64,000 bases of DNA, from NCBI GenBank assembly GCA_963693055.1, contig OY843751.1:5472001-5536000 (forward strand), in the 5' to 3' direction. Source of the DNA: a bacterium. Its GTDB lineage: Bacteria; Zhuqueibacterota; Zhuqueibacteria; Residuimicrobiales; Krinioviventaceae. A program made the translations under genes and the position numbers. The stretch's first letter is position 1, and every line of letters starts with the position of its first letter. Shown here piece by piece: positions 18,224 through 28,219 of this stretch. Below the pieces are notes generated by a model. The model ran no database searches, was not told the DNA's origin, and worked only from the letters and a program-made list of their open reading frames with translations.

Positions 18224-20011
18224 ATGTTCCAAATTCAAAAAACCGGTAAATTTTTAAATCCTTTTGCAATAAATTCTTCCGGCAGGTTGTTCCTCATTAG
18301 CATAGTAGTAGGAATCATCTCCGGTTTGGGGGCAATTGCTTTTTTTTCATTGCTTAATCATGTATCTCATTTTTTCTTGCATCAATTGGCAAATTATTAT
18401 CCCCCGGAACCCTCTGGTGAGCTTTCCGGATATCACAATGCCGGTGGTGAACTTCGGAGATGGGTTTTAATCTTTGCTCCTGTTATTGGCGGATTGATCT
18501 CAGGAATACTTGTTTTTACATGGGCACCTGAAGCTGAAGGTCACGGAACCGACGCGGTTATTGATTCCTTTCATCACAAGCGTGGTGTAATCAGAAAACG
18601 CGTTCCCATCATTAAAGCCATTGCATCCATTGTTACAATTGGCAGTGGGGGAAGTGCAGGACGTGAGGGTCCTATTGCTCAAATTGGTGCGGGATTCGGC
18701 TCGTATCTTGGTACCGTATTAAAACTCAGTGACGACGAAAAGCGCATTCTGGTTATTGCGGGTGCGGCAGGCGGCATAGGCGCTATTTTCCGTTCTCCTC
18801 TTGGCGGTGCATTGTTTGCTGTAGAAGTATTGTACAAAAGAGATTTTGAATCCAAAGCATTGATTCCCGCGTTAATATCTTCAATCGTTGCCTTTTCCAT
18901 TTTTGCTTCGCGTTTTGGTTGGGGACAACTATTTGAAACTCCAGATTATCAATTCAGCAATCCCTCAGAATTATTGTTTTACCTTTTACTGGGCCTGTTT
19001 TGTGCATATATGGGCCTGTTTTACATCAAGATTTTCTACGGCATGCGCGATCATTTTTTTCACACCATCAAAATTAAACCACAGCTTCGCCCCGCTATTG
19101 GCGGTTTAATGATCGGTATTACTGGCTTTTTTGCCCCTCATATTCTTGCTTCCGGATACGGATATTTGCAGCAAGCCATGAACGGAAACCTGACTATTCA
19201 ATTCATGCTGATTGCAGCTATTTTAAAAATATTTGCCACATCTTTTACAATTAGCTCCGGTGGTAGTGGTGGTGTATTTGCACCTTCACTATTCATAGGC
19301 GGCATGTTGGGTGGCGCTTTTGGTCAGGTTGCCGAACAGCTTTTTCCCTCCCTCATAAGCAATCCCAATGCTTTTGTATTGGTGGGCATGGGTGCCTTTT
19401 TTGCAGGAGCTGCCAAAGTACCTATATCTTCAATGATCATGGTGAGTGAAATGACCGGTGGATATCACCTGCTGGTTCCCATGATGCTCAGCTCATCCGC
19501 TGCTTATGTAGCAACATCACGAACAACTCTGTACGAAAAACAAGTGCCGCGCATGGCAGACTCTCCCGCTCACATGGGCGATTTTACAATCGATGTGTTG
19601 GACACATTAGTAGTTGACCAGGCATTCCGAAAAGAAAAAGTGCCCATATTAAAAGTCGACACTCCGCTTCTTGAATTTCAGAATATTGTACAGGAAGGGC
19701 ACGACAATCATTTTCCTGTGGTTAACCACACAAACGAAATTGTGGGAATTATTTCACTTAGAAATACCCGTTCTATATTGTTTGAAAATGACATGTGTGA
19801 TCTGCTAATAGCACAGGATCTTATGAGTCCGGCAGTAACTGTAACCCCCGCAGAAAGTCTGAGAAGCGCATTAAAGAAATTTATGGATTATGAATACGCC
19901 CAGATCCCGGTTGTTGATTTACGTGACGAACGCAGAATACTGGGCATGTTAAATCACGGAGATGTTATTGTAGCTTATAATAAAGAAGTAATGAAACGCA
20001 AAACCAATTAA
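18224..20011 (+). CDS. ClC-family chloride channel/antiporter with C-terminal CBS pair
   Basis: AEGHGTD, GSAGREGP and GGSGGVFAP signatures, multiple TM helices and two CBS domains. Confidence 0.93.
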   Translation: MFQIQKTGKFLNPFAINSSGRLFLISIVVGIISGLGAIAFFSLLNHVSHFFLHQLANYYPPEPSGELSGYHNAGGELRRWVLIFAPVIGGLISGILVFTWAPEAEGHGTDAVIDSFHHKRGVIRKRVPIIKAIASIVTIGSGGSAGREGPIAQIGAGFGSYLGTVLKLSDDEKRILVIAGAAGGIGAIFRSPLGGALFAVEVLYKRDFESKALIPALISSIVAFSIFASRFGWGQLFETPDYQFSNPSELLFYLLLGLFCAYMGLFYIKIFYGMRDHFFHTIKIKPQLRPAIGGLMIGITGFFAPHILASGYGYLQQAMNGNLTIQFMLIAAILKIFATSFTISSGGSGGVFAPSLFIGGMLGGAFGQVAEQLFPSLISNPNAFVLVGMGAFFAGAAKVPISSMIMVSEMTGGYHLLVPMMLSSSAAYVATSRTTLYEKQVPRMADSPAHMGDFTIDVLDTLVVDQAFRKEKVPILKVDTPLLEFQNIVQEGHDNHFPVVNHTNEIVGIISLRNTRSILFENDMCDLLIAQDLMSPAVTVTPAESLRSALKKFMDYEYAQIPVVDLRDERRILGMLNHGDVIVAYNKEVMKRKTN

Positions 20012-20034
20012 TCATCTTTCCTGCTAAATCAATT

Positions 20035-21255
20035 CTAACGGACCGGCTCCAAACTTTCACCCTCTAGATGTGCAACAACCACAACACCTGATGAATCGCT
20101 GATTACATTTGTAGTTGTACGAAACATGTCTAAAATCCGGTCTACAGCCATAATAATCCCAACACCTTCAAGGGGCAAGCCCACTGCATGTAAAATTATC
20201 GACATCATAACCAAACCTGCCATGGGAATTCCTGCGGCGCCAATGGATGCAAGCAATGCGGTCAAAGCAACCGTAAACTGTTGGGTAACACTTAGATCAA
20301 CTCCATAAGCTTGCGCAATGAAAATAGTGGCAACACACTCGTAAAGCGCTGTTCCGTCCATGTTAATAGTAGCTCCAATAGGCAGAAAAAAATTGCTGAT
20401 TTTTTTCGAAACACCCGAAGCCTCACTGGCATATTCCATGGTCAAAGGCAAAGCAACCATAGAAGAACTGGTTGAAAACGCTGTGAGATATGCAGGTAAC
20501 ATATTTCGGTAATGCTTAAAGGGTTTAACTTTTCCTACAAACTTTAATACGAGTGGAAGAACAATTAATGTATGAATAAACAAGCCCATCAATACAACAA
20601 TAAAATATTTACCCAGAGAATAAAACGCTCCAAAACCGGTAGTAGCTACTATTTTAGCATTAATACCCATAACACCTATAGGAGCAAGCCAAATAATAAC
20701 GTGTGTCAGTTTCATCATGGCTTCAAACGAAGCCTGCACAATGTCAGTAAACCGGGAACGTAGTGGATCTTCAAGCTTTGTAATAAAAAATCCAAACAAT
20801 ATGAAAAAGAAAATTACCGGCAGCACATCTCCATTTGCCATGGACTGGAAAGGATTCTCTGGTATGATGCGGAATATCAACTCCATGGGAGACTGGTTAG
20901 CAGCGGAGATTGCAGAAACATCACCTGTCAGACCAATATCTGCACCTTTGCCGGGTTGGAAAACATTTACAAGAAACTGTCCGGTTAAAATGGCAACCAG
21001 GCTGGTAAATATATAATATATTGCGGTTCGAATTCCCAGTGTTCCCAGATTTTTTCCGGTCCCCACGCTCAACACTCCAGACAAAATCGAAGTGATAATC
21101 AATGGCATGATAGCCATTCTCAACAAGCGAAGAAATAACTGCGCCATGGGCTCAGCAAATGGCAAAATACTTTCACCGAACAACCATCCGGCAAATACCC
21201 CTAAAAAAATTCCGATAAAGATATAAAGCGTTAAAGAGTGTTTTTTCATAATCAT
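20035..21255 (-). CDS. Dicarboxylate/amino acid:cation symporter (DAACS, GltP/GltT-like)
   Basis: AFSTSSS, GATINMDGTALY and DRILDMFRTTTNV motifs. Confidence 0.93.
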   Translation of the reverse strand: MIMKKHSLTLYIFIGIFLGVFAGWLFGESILPFAEPMAQLFLRLLRMAIMPLIITSILSGVLSVGTGKNLGTLGIRTAIYYIFTSLVAILTGQFLVNVFQPGKGADIGLTGDVSAISAANQSPMELIFRIIPENPFQSMANGDVLPVIFFFILFGFFITKLEDPLRSRFTDIVQASFEAMMKLTHVIIWLAPIGVMGINAKIVATTGFGAFYSLGKYFIVVLMGLFIHTLIVLPLVLKFVGKVKPFKHYRNMLPAYLTAFSTSSSMVALPLTMEYASEASGVSKKISNFFLPIGATINMDGTALYECVATIFIAQAYGVDLSVTQQFTVALTALLASIGAAGIPMAGLVMMSIILHAVGLPLEGVGIIMAVDRILDMFRTTTNVISDSSGVVVVAHLEGESLEPVR

Positions 21256-21354
21256 AAAACCTTAAATACTAGAGTAATTGTGGCAGGGCGCCAAAATTGT
21301 CTATCAACATAACAAAAATTTTTGAAAATTACAAATATTGAAATCCATTTTTGC

Positions 21355-22005
21355 TCAAATATATCCTTTGAATTTATAATAGATAAATTTTGCATATTCT
21401 CCATATACTCTGCGAATACCGGAAAGCGACTTCCACCAGTTTTGTGCATTCACATGTATGGGAACCGAACAGGCAAGAACATGAATTTCATTGGGTTCAA
21501 ATACTTTTCGATAAGCAAGCAGGCTCCGTTTGATATGAAAGGTATCCTGCAACAGAATCAAAGTATCTGTTGTTGCGGGGTTGTTTTCAAGGTATTGAGA
21601 TATTGAAACTGCGGAATTGCGGGTAAAGGGGTCTTGTATGTGAGACAAAAGTATATGGTATTGCGATTTTAAAACATTTCTTTTTATCAAAGCAGTGTCA
21701 AGCAATGCGGGATAATTGTCAACACCAAAAGCATCAACAGCACCATCTGCAGTGTTTAACACGATCAGCAGTTTTTCTGCTTTACCGTTTTTAATTAATT
21801 CAATGGCTCTTTCCATAAAGACAGCAGGAACAATATTGCCCCCTTCTACAATAACAAGGTCGGCATGTTCACCATCGTAAGGAACATCTAAAACTGACGC
21901 CATAGAAGCCAGCCACAGTTTTTTCGTACTAAGCAATGTTATTAGAGCCAGTATAAAAACCGAAAAAAACACAATGCGGAATAAACGTCTTTTATGCTTT
22001 TTCAA
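21355..22005 (-). CDS. YdcF/DUF218-like membrane-anchored protein
   Basis: Probable TTG start at 22005 after GAGGG. N-terminal TM, ADLVIVEGG, T...A, FHIKRS and WW.......VY.EY.K motifs. Confidence 0.65.
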   Translation of the reverse strand: MKKHKRRLFRIVFFSVFILALITLLSTKKLWLASMASVLDVPYDGEHADLVIVEGGNIVPAVFMERAIELIKNGKAEKLLIVLNTADGAVDAFGVDNYPALLDTALIKRNVLKSQYHILLSHIQDPFTRNSAVSISQYLENNPATTDTLILLQDTFHIKRSLLAYRKVFEPNEIHVLACSVPIHVNAQNWWKSLSGIRRVYGEYAKFIYYKFKGYI

Positions 22006-22018
22006 AGTGCCCTCGAGA

Positions 22019-23110
22019 TCACTTTTCAACCAGCATGGGTACCGTAAAAGTAACTTGTGTGCCCTTGCCAAGCTGACTTTCCGCAGATATTTGCCCCCCA
22101 ATTCTCTTAACATAGACTTTGCATAACGAAAGCCCAAAGCCCATACTAAATTCATCTGAAGATTTTACATCAGAACCAAACGCGTCAAAAGCCATTACTT
22201 TATTTAACAATTCAGAACTCATTCCGGCTCCGGTATCTGATACAGTAATGCTCTTGTGTTTTGCATTATTTTCAGCAGAGATCCTGATCTTGCCTCCCGA
22301 TTCCGTGTACTTGATCGCGTTTGAAAGCAGGTTCCGTAAAATAATACTAAACATTTCTTTATCAACAGTAATCTTTTGTGAAGCAATATCACTAATTATT
22401 TTAACATTACAAAGATCAGCCGTTCCCTGGTACAACTGTGTTACATTGTTCACAATGTCTTTCAAGTCATATTCTTGAGGATTCTCTTCAAGAGTGCTCA
22501 TTTGTGTTTTCGACCAGTCGAGAATCGTATTTAACAAATGAAAAGCAGAACTTGAAACCCGGCTCATATGATCATAAATTTGCTGCCACTCTTTATTCTT
22601 TTCCGGCGTCCGCTGGTACAATAATTTTAATCCACTTTGTATACTGATCAACGGATTTCTTAAATCATGAGACAATACAGACAATAGATCATCTTTTGAT
22701 TGATTGATGGCTTTTAAACGTTGTTGCGTAGACCGTAATGTTAATTGAGATTTTACACGTAAAGTGAGTTCAAGGGCATTGAAAGGTTTTGTAATATAAT
22801 CTACAGCACCCAGTTCAAAGCCCTTTACAACATCTTTATAATCATACCTGGCTGATAAAAACATCAATGGAATATCATTAATTCTTGGATCATTCTTGAT
22901 CTGTTTACACAATTCAAAACCATCAATTCCCGGCATTATGATATCAAGCAATATCAAATCCGGACGTCCGGTTTTCAAAAAATCAAGGGCCTTTTCTCCA
23001 CTGTTAACGGATTCAATAAAATATCCTTCAGGTTTCAGGATCATCACTATTGTTTTGACATCCTTGGCATCGTCATCAACTACAAGTATATTTTTATTAT
23101 TTACAATCAT
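22019..23110 (-). CDS. Hybrid response regulator-histidine kinase (REC-HisKA-HATPase)
   Basis: ILVVDDD, LLDIIMP, KPF, SHDLRNPL, NLLSNAIKY and DTGAG motifs. Its ATG overlaps the pepT stop (TGATG). Confidence 0.93.
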   Translation of the reverse strand: MIVNNKNILVVDDDAKDVKTIVMILKPEGYFIESVNSGEKALDFLKTGRPDLILLDIIMPGIDGFELCKQIKNDPRINDIPLMFLSARYDYKDVVKGFELGAVDYITKPFNALELTLRVKSQLTLRSTQQRLKAINQSKDDLLSVLSHDLRNPLISIQSGLKLLYQRTPEKNKEWQQIYDHMSRVSSSAFHLLNTILDWSKTQMSTLEENPQEYDLKDIVNNVTQLYQGTADLCNVKIISDIASQKITVDKEMFSIILRNLLSNAIKYTESGGKIRISAENNAKHKSITVSDTGAGMSSELLNKVMAFDAFGSDVKSSDEFSMGFGLSLCKVYVKRIGGQISAESQLGKGTQVTFTVPMLVEK

Positions 23111-24366
23111 CAAGCATTCGCTCTGCTTTTTTCCTCCCAAACACAAACAAGCTCAACAATCACATCTACTGCCTTTTGCATATCCTGTACAGATATCCAT
23201 TCTTGTCGTGAGTGGAAATTGTGACCACCGGTAAAAACATTCGGAGTCAATAAACCTTTATATGACAATTGCGCACCATCTGTTCCACCACGAATAGAAT
23301 TGCGGATGGGCTTAACGCCGGCACGCTCAACTGCTTCCAACGCGTAATCTACAACTTTGGGATCTTTATCAAGCTGATATTTCATGTTCCGGTAATATTC
23401 ATCGATCTTGAATTCAAAAGAAGCTTTAGGATAAGCGACAATTACCTTTTCTGTAAGATCTTTGAGATACGCTTCTTTTTCTTTCAAACCTTCAACTGTA
23501 AAATCACGGATCAAAAACTTTGCCGTTGTTGTTTCAACATCTCCATTAAAGCCGATGGGATGAACATAACCCTCCCGTTTTTCGGTTGTCTCTGGTGATA
23601 GTTTATCCTTGGGTAAACGTTCAATAATTTCTGACATGATCTTGATAGAGTTTACCAGTTTATTCTTTGCATAACCAGGATGCACATTCACACCAAATAT
23701 GGTCAACGTTACAGAATCCGCACAAAAGGTTTCATCTTCAACCTCACCAAGGGTTTCACCATCTATGGTGTATGCATAATCGGCAGCATACTTTTCAATA
23801 TTGAATTTTTCTGATCCTCTTCCCACTTCTTCATCTGGCATTACCGCAACTTTAACAGTTCCGTGAGGAATTTCAGGGTGCGTTACCAAATGGTTAACAG
23901 CATCAAAGATCTCGGCAATACCGGCTTTGTTGTCGGCTCCCAGCAATGTAGAGCCATCAGACGTCACAATATCATGCCCCAACTGGTTCGCCAGCTCTGG
24001 ATTTTCATCCGCTTTAATCACAATACCAGACTCTGGAGAAAGCTTGATGTCTCCACCTTTATAATTATGATGGACCATGGGTTTTACATCCTTGCCTGAA
24101 ACATCAGGAGAGGTATCAAGGTGGGCAATAAGACCAATAACCGGGACCTTGTGTTCCACATTCGCTGGTAATGTGGCAGTTACATACCCCCACTCATCCA
24201 TTTCAGCATCCATGAGACCAATTTGCTCAAGCTCAGTCACCAGATCTTTTGCCAGAATTTTTTGTTTTTCTGTTGTAGGAAAGGTTGAGGATTCTTCTGA
24301 AGATTGTGTGTCATATTTTACATATTTCAACAATCGATCCAGACACGTGTACTCGACATTAGCCAT
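23110..24366 (-). CDS. pepT: Peptidase T (tripeptide aminopeptidase, M20B)
   Basis: AHLDTS, LLGADNKAG, PDEEVG, VHPGYAK, IRGGTDG and NFHS motifs. Confidence 0.96.
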   Translation of the reverse strand: MANVEYTCLDRLLKYVKYDTQSSEESSTFPTTEKQKILAKDLVTELEQIGLMDAEMDEWGYVTATLPANVEHKVPVIGLIAHLDTSPDVSGKDVKPMVHHNYKGGDIKLSPESGIVIKADENPELANQLGHDIVTSDGSTLLGADNKAGIAEIFDAVNHLVTHPEIPHGTVKVAVMPDEEVGRGSEKFNIEKYAADYAYTIDGETLGEVEDETFCADSVTLTIFGVNVHPGYAKNKLVNSIKIMSEIIERLPKDKLSPETTEKREGYVHPIGFNGDVETTTAKFLIRDFTVEGLKEKEAYLKDLTEKVIVAYPKASFEFKIDEYYRNMKYQLDKDPKVVDYALEAVERAGVKPIRNSIRGGTDGAQLSYKGLLTPNVFTGGHNFHSRQEWISVQDMQKAVDVIVELVCVWEEKSRANA

Positions 24367-24438
24367 CAGAGTTCTCCTGTTTTAAAAGTGTTTTTTCAAT
24401 ATCTCTAATATAAAAAAATAGGTTTTCTATACAAACAA

Positions 24439-26370
24439 TTAATAATTTTTCCAATCCAATTGTACTGAAATCTTGCTGATATGGTCACCCAATACAAGAT
24501 TATTTCCAGTTCCCACTGTGACAAGGTTATCGTATCGTGTTATTTCATATTTTAAGGACAGCTTTATTTTCCCTAGTTTAATTCCCGCAACCGCATACCA
24601 GCGAACACCCCGATTTTGTAGCATTTGCAGTTTCATTACGCCTGCAAGATCATTTTCAAATTGGTAAAATCTCAAATCATATAACGGTGCATCAAAAAAA
24701 GACCATCGGGTTCTCAAATCTAAAAACTTTTCAGGTTTATACCGTATATCATGAAATAGCAATATTGCTGAACTGTCTGTTAATCCATCCACATTTTTTA
24801 AATAATCCCAACCCAAATGGTTATAAGCAATACGGCTTTTCATTTCCAGCTTTTCTGCTTTATAGTAAACCTGAATTTGAAAAGAACTTAAATTCTTAAC
24901 GTTCTGCTTGCGACTTTTATTTCCCCAGATATCATAAGCATTTACAAACAATTCTCTCTGTGTAGACTTTATTCTTGCTTGTATTTTAAAATTCCGGATC
25001 GCTTGTTCAAAACCAATCATCCACTCTTTACCCCAATGTTCTCCTGTTGACTGTTCATCAAACACAGGGTGCTTAAAACTGTCAAAGTTCAAAGTGAGCA
25101 AAGTTTGCTTAAAGAAATTCCATTTCCAGCCCCAATACATACCTTGCTCATTATTAGGCGAATAATTATCACCAAAAGCCCGACCAAAGGGAGAATGAAA
25201 TGATTGATTATAGTTCCTGAACAGCCAAACAGCCTGAAATCGATTTTCATTCAGCATAAAACCGGTTACAAATCCATTACCCGTTTGATTGGTTATGCCT
25301 CCTTCTCCAAAAAAGCTGAGCGAACGAAAATCAAAATTGTAATAAACAGACGATGCTGTCTTTTTATCATCAAAGGAATCAACAGACAGCATAAAAGGCT
25401 TATCAAACTGCTGCATTAAATAGTTTACCCCAACCTGGGCTGCCGACGCAGGATGCCACTCAACTACAGCCCCATGTGTTGAAACGGTTACAGCATCTTT
25501 GAATTCCCACTCGCTCCCAAAACGATGATATCCGGTCGTATGTAAACTTTTGATCTGTTCATTTTCAAGAGAAGCGTCTATTTTACGGTTACTGTAAAAC
25601 CCTGTCAATTTCACAGAATGAAACGGTACAGACACCCCCGCACCAAACAAAGAACCATTTTCGTCCACAGACAATGAAGGCTTTAAACCACTTTCAGGTT
25701 TAATTGCAGGCACAATAGGATCAAATCCTTTGTACATTTTATAGGGTCCCCAAAATACCAATCCCTGACCGCTTTTTACGATATAGTTCCCCAACACAAT
25801 CTGAACCGGGCTTTTCAGTGGCGTGTACTGAGCATATACACCCTTATAATCCGCAACAGAGGCTTCGCCTGCATCCTTTTCGGCGACAACACCAGCCTTA
25901 ACAACATCTCCATAAATTACATCAAAACGGTTATAAAGCTTATCCGCATTTCCTCTATACTTGTTTTCATGGTATGCTTTGCTTTTCTCAACCGGGTGAC
26001 TGTATCGATCTCTGGCCCTTACCTTGAGCTGCTCTGAATGAGATTCCTCTATGGTAAAAAAATGAATCACTATATTGGCAACCGGACGAACACTTTTAAT
26101 CTCATTTAAAACCTCGACAGATTGAAATTCATTATGCTTGAGGCGAAAGTCAAGAATATCTCGCACCATTGTTTCTGAAACAAATGGCAATTCTTTCAAC
26201 TCTTTTTCTGAAACACGATTTATATCCAAAGGATTATCGATGTAATACTGCACTGCCTGATACAACTCTGAATCCTGCTCGTCGCTTTGTGATTCAAACA
26301 GCATTTCAAGTTCATCCGCAGACAAAATTGTTGAAAATAACAGCAACAACAGCGATAAAGTGTTTTTCAT
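24439..26370 (-). CDS. Exported protein with N-terminal ComEA-like helix-hairpin-helix domain and probable beta-barrel C-terminus
   Basis: Signal peptide; PLDIN.....L..LP.......I...R....F.....L (HhH); EKDAGE, GQGLV, G.HR...E, NEQG.Y.G and Y.FEND motifs of the Bacteroidota-type family. Confidence 0.75.
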   Translation of the reverse strand: MKNTLSLLLLLFSTILSADELEMLFESQSDEQDSELYQAVQYYIDNPLDINRVSEKELKELPFVSETMVRDILDFRLKHNEFQSVEVLNEIKSVRPVANIVIHFFTIEESHSEQLKVRARDRYSHPVEKSKAYHENKYRGNADKLYNRFDVIYGDVVKAGVVAEKDAGEASVADYKGVYAQYTPLKSPVQIVLGNYIVKSGQGLVFWGPYKMYKGFDPIVPAIKPESGLKPSLSVDENGSLFGAGVSVPFHSVKLTGFYSNRKIDASLENEQIKSLHTTGYHRFGSEWEFKDAVTVSTHGAVVEWHPASAAQVGVNYLMQQFDKPFMLSVDSFDDKKTASSVYYNFDFRSLSFFGEGGITNQTGNGFVTGFMLNENRFQAVWLFRNYNQSFHSPFGRAFGDNYSPNNEQGMYWGWKWNFFKQTLLTLNFDSFKHPVFDEQSTGEHWGKEWMIGFEQAIRNFKIQARIKSTQRELFVNAYDIWGNKSRKQNVKNLSSFQIQVYYKAEKLEMKSRIAYNHLGWDYLKNVDGLTDSSAILLFHDIRYKPEKFLDLRTRWSFFDAPLYDLRFYQFENDLAGVMKLQMLQNRGVRWYAVAGIKLGKIKLSLKYEITRYDNLVTVGTGNNLVLGDHISKISVQLDWKNY

Positions 26371-27188
26371 AATTTGGTTTTAAAAAATGAAAGCGTAAAT
26401 AAATGTGTACCATTTAAATACTGATGTGATTGAAAAGCATACCGGGCATTAATCCAACCCAACTGCACAGACACCCCTCCGGTCATGCGTTGCGGAAAGT
26501 TTCCGCAGCCGGCGCGTAACGACACCGCAGGCAGCACAAGCCATTCAATACCTGTGCGGTAATCGGTTTTAAATCGATTGTCTTTGTACACGTCAAAAAC
26601 CACTGAAATATGGGGCACCGGATTTAAAGCAATTCCTGATATATAAATCTGCGGTAGTTTTTCCCTGTTTTGGCCAATACAAGCGGCATTCACATTTCGA
26701 ACGGCCCACCCCCATTTACACATGGGTAAAATCTCGGCACAGCCTCCCAAATCTAACAAAACCGACCCACTATTGCCATAACGTATGATATCTATTCCCG
26801 CATAACGCAGTGTTGCACCCAGATGAAATTGCGATGTTATAGGAATAGCTGCACCTAAAGCATAGACATACTCTTGATATGCGGAGTTCCCATAAACATA
26901 TCCCCCACCAGCAACAGTAAACGTATTGAAATTCAAAGCACCAGTTGCAGCGTGTAACCCAAGATCCTTGATCCCATATAAATGACAGGAATGAAAATCT
27001 ACTTTCCACCCTTTATCAAATACTAAAGCACCCGGATTATAAAAAAGGTTTCCCGTTGAACCATAAATGGCGCTACCGGCCCCGCCCACACCCGCAAGGC
27101 GAGCATTCAAAGGCAAATCTTCAACCGCAGCCATTAAATTTAAAGAAAAACAACAAATCAAAATTAATGCGGAACGTTTATTAGTCAT
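26367..27188 (-). CDS. PorV/PorQ-like (FadL-type) small outer-membrane beta-barrel protein
   Basis: Signal peptide; AR..G.GG.........FYNPG.L motif; LRAG and YAF..H..L..TH near the C-terminus. Confidence 0.65.
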   Translation of the reverse strand: MTNKRSALILICCFSLNLMAAVEDLPLNARLAGVGGAGSAIYGSTGNLFYNPGALVFDKGWKVDFHSCHLYGIKDLGLHAATGALNFNTFTVAGGGYVYGNSAYQEYVYALGAAIPITSQFHLGATLRYAGIDIIRYGNSGSVLLDLGGCAEILPMCKWGWAVRNVNAACIGQNREKLPQIYISGIALNPVPHISVVFDVYKDNRFKTDYRTGIEWLVLPAVSLRAGCGNFPQRMTGGVSVQLGWINARYAFQSHQYLNGTHLFTLSFFKTKL

Positions 27189-27276
27189 ATCGCGTACAAT
27201 TGTAAAATGTTCTTGATTATCTGCTAAAATTCTTTAATATTACAGTTTATATAAATTACTATTTTGGAGGCAATTC

Positions 27277-28137
27277 ATGCCGAAAAATCTTTTCTTAATT
27301 ATTTTTTTATCCACCCTCTTGCTTGCAGGTACATCTTTTTCACAACGTATAGATGCTTATGTATCTATTGCAGAAGATGCCTTGTCTGATGAAGCCAAGG
27401 AAAAGCTGGCCGACTTTACAGACAAGGTTGAAACCTACATCAACAACAATGATCGCTGTCCTAACGAGTGGAACACAGAAGTAATTGTTAATATAAATAT
27501 GGTTCTTTCTGATATCAGTTCCGGTGCTGAAGAAAAATATAATTGCCAAACCTTTCAAATCGGAACAAATTATGACATACAACTTTCTGACAAACGCTGG
27601 AAATTTGCATATGACAGCAAAGACAACCTGACGTATGATGACACCAATTACGATTCTTTTACCAGCATGATCGAGTTTTATCTCTATCTTATACTGGGTT
27701 TTGAATATGACAAATGGGGAACTTTGGCCGGTGACATTTATTATGAAAAAGCCAAATATATTGCCGAACAAAGCAAGTTTGGTCTGGGCCGTTTTGTCGA
27801 CGGTTGGGACAAACGTCTTGACCTTGTAAACTATTTTTTGAGTGACAGGCACAAACCGTTCCGTGAAATGGTTGATTATTATTTTTATGGTCTTTCTTTT
27901 GTCAATGAAGACAATGAAAAAGTAAGAAAACATATTGCAACAGCTATAGAAAAACTGGACCGCATACTGGCTGACGATCCCGAAAATGAATATGCAGAAT
28001 ATTTCCTTAGCGCGCATCGAGGTGAATTAATTGATATTTATAGAAATGCAATTAATAAAGAGCCCATACGGTTATTAATGATCATGGACACTGACGATGC
28101 TTACAAACGTGAATATCAAGACATCTTGAACAACTAG
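27277..28137 (+). CDS. DUF4835 family (PorD-like) exported protein
   Basis: Signal peptide; D..W.F.Y, TS...FY.YLILG.EYD....G..YY.KA, GW...R..LV and FR.....Y.YGL motifs. Confidence 0.7.
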   Translation: MPKNLFLIIFLSTLLLAGTSFSQRIDAYVSIAEDALSDEAKEKLADFTDKVETYINNNDRCPNEWNTEVIVNINMVLSDISSGAEEKYNCQTFQIGTNYDIQLSDKRWKFAYDSKDNLTYDDTNYDSFTSMIEFYLYLILGFEYDKWGTLAGDIYYEKAKYIAEQSKFGLGRFVDGWDKRLDLVNYFLSDRHKPFREMVDYYFYGLSFVNEDNEKVRKHIATAIEKLDRILADDPENEYAEYFLSAHRGELIDIYRNAINKEPIRLLMIMDTDDAYKREYQDILNN

Positions 28138-28172
28138 GTTCCAGTCTTACTGCCCCTGGAAAGTACTTCCCC

Positions 28173-28215
28173 AAAAAAATAACAACCCCGGAGCGAAATT
28201 CGCATCCGGGGTTGT
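28173..28215 (-). terminator. Intrinsic terminator after clpC (between convergent genes)
   Basis: Stem ACAACCCCGGA...TCCGGGGTTGT followed by a T-run on the minus strand. Confidence 0.8.
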
Positions 28216-28219
28216 CTAT

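Noticed and set aside
22006-22155. N-terminal extension of the YdcF-like ORF overlapping the kinase gene
   Set aside because: A TTG at 22005 with an RBS gives a normal basic-plus-TM N-terminus and removes the overlap.
27340-28017. 225-aa antisense ORF
   Set aside because: It lies wholly opposite the DUF4835 gene and has no recognisable motifs; a shadow ORF.
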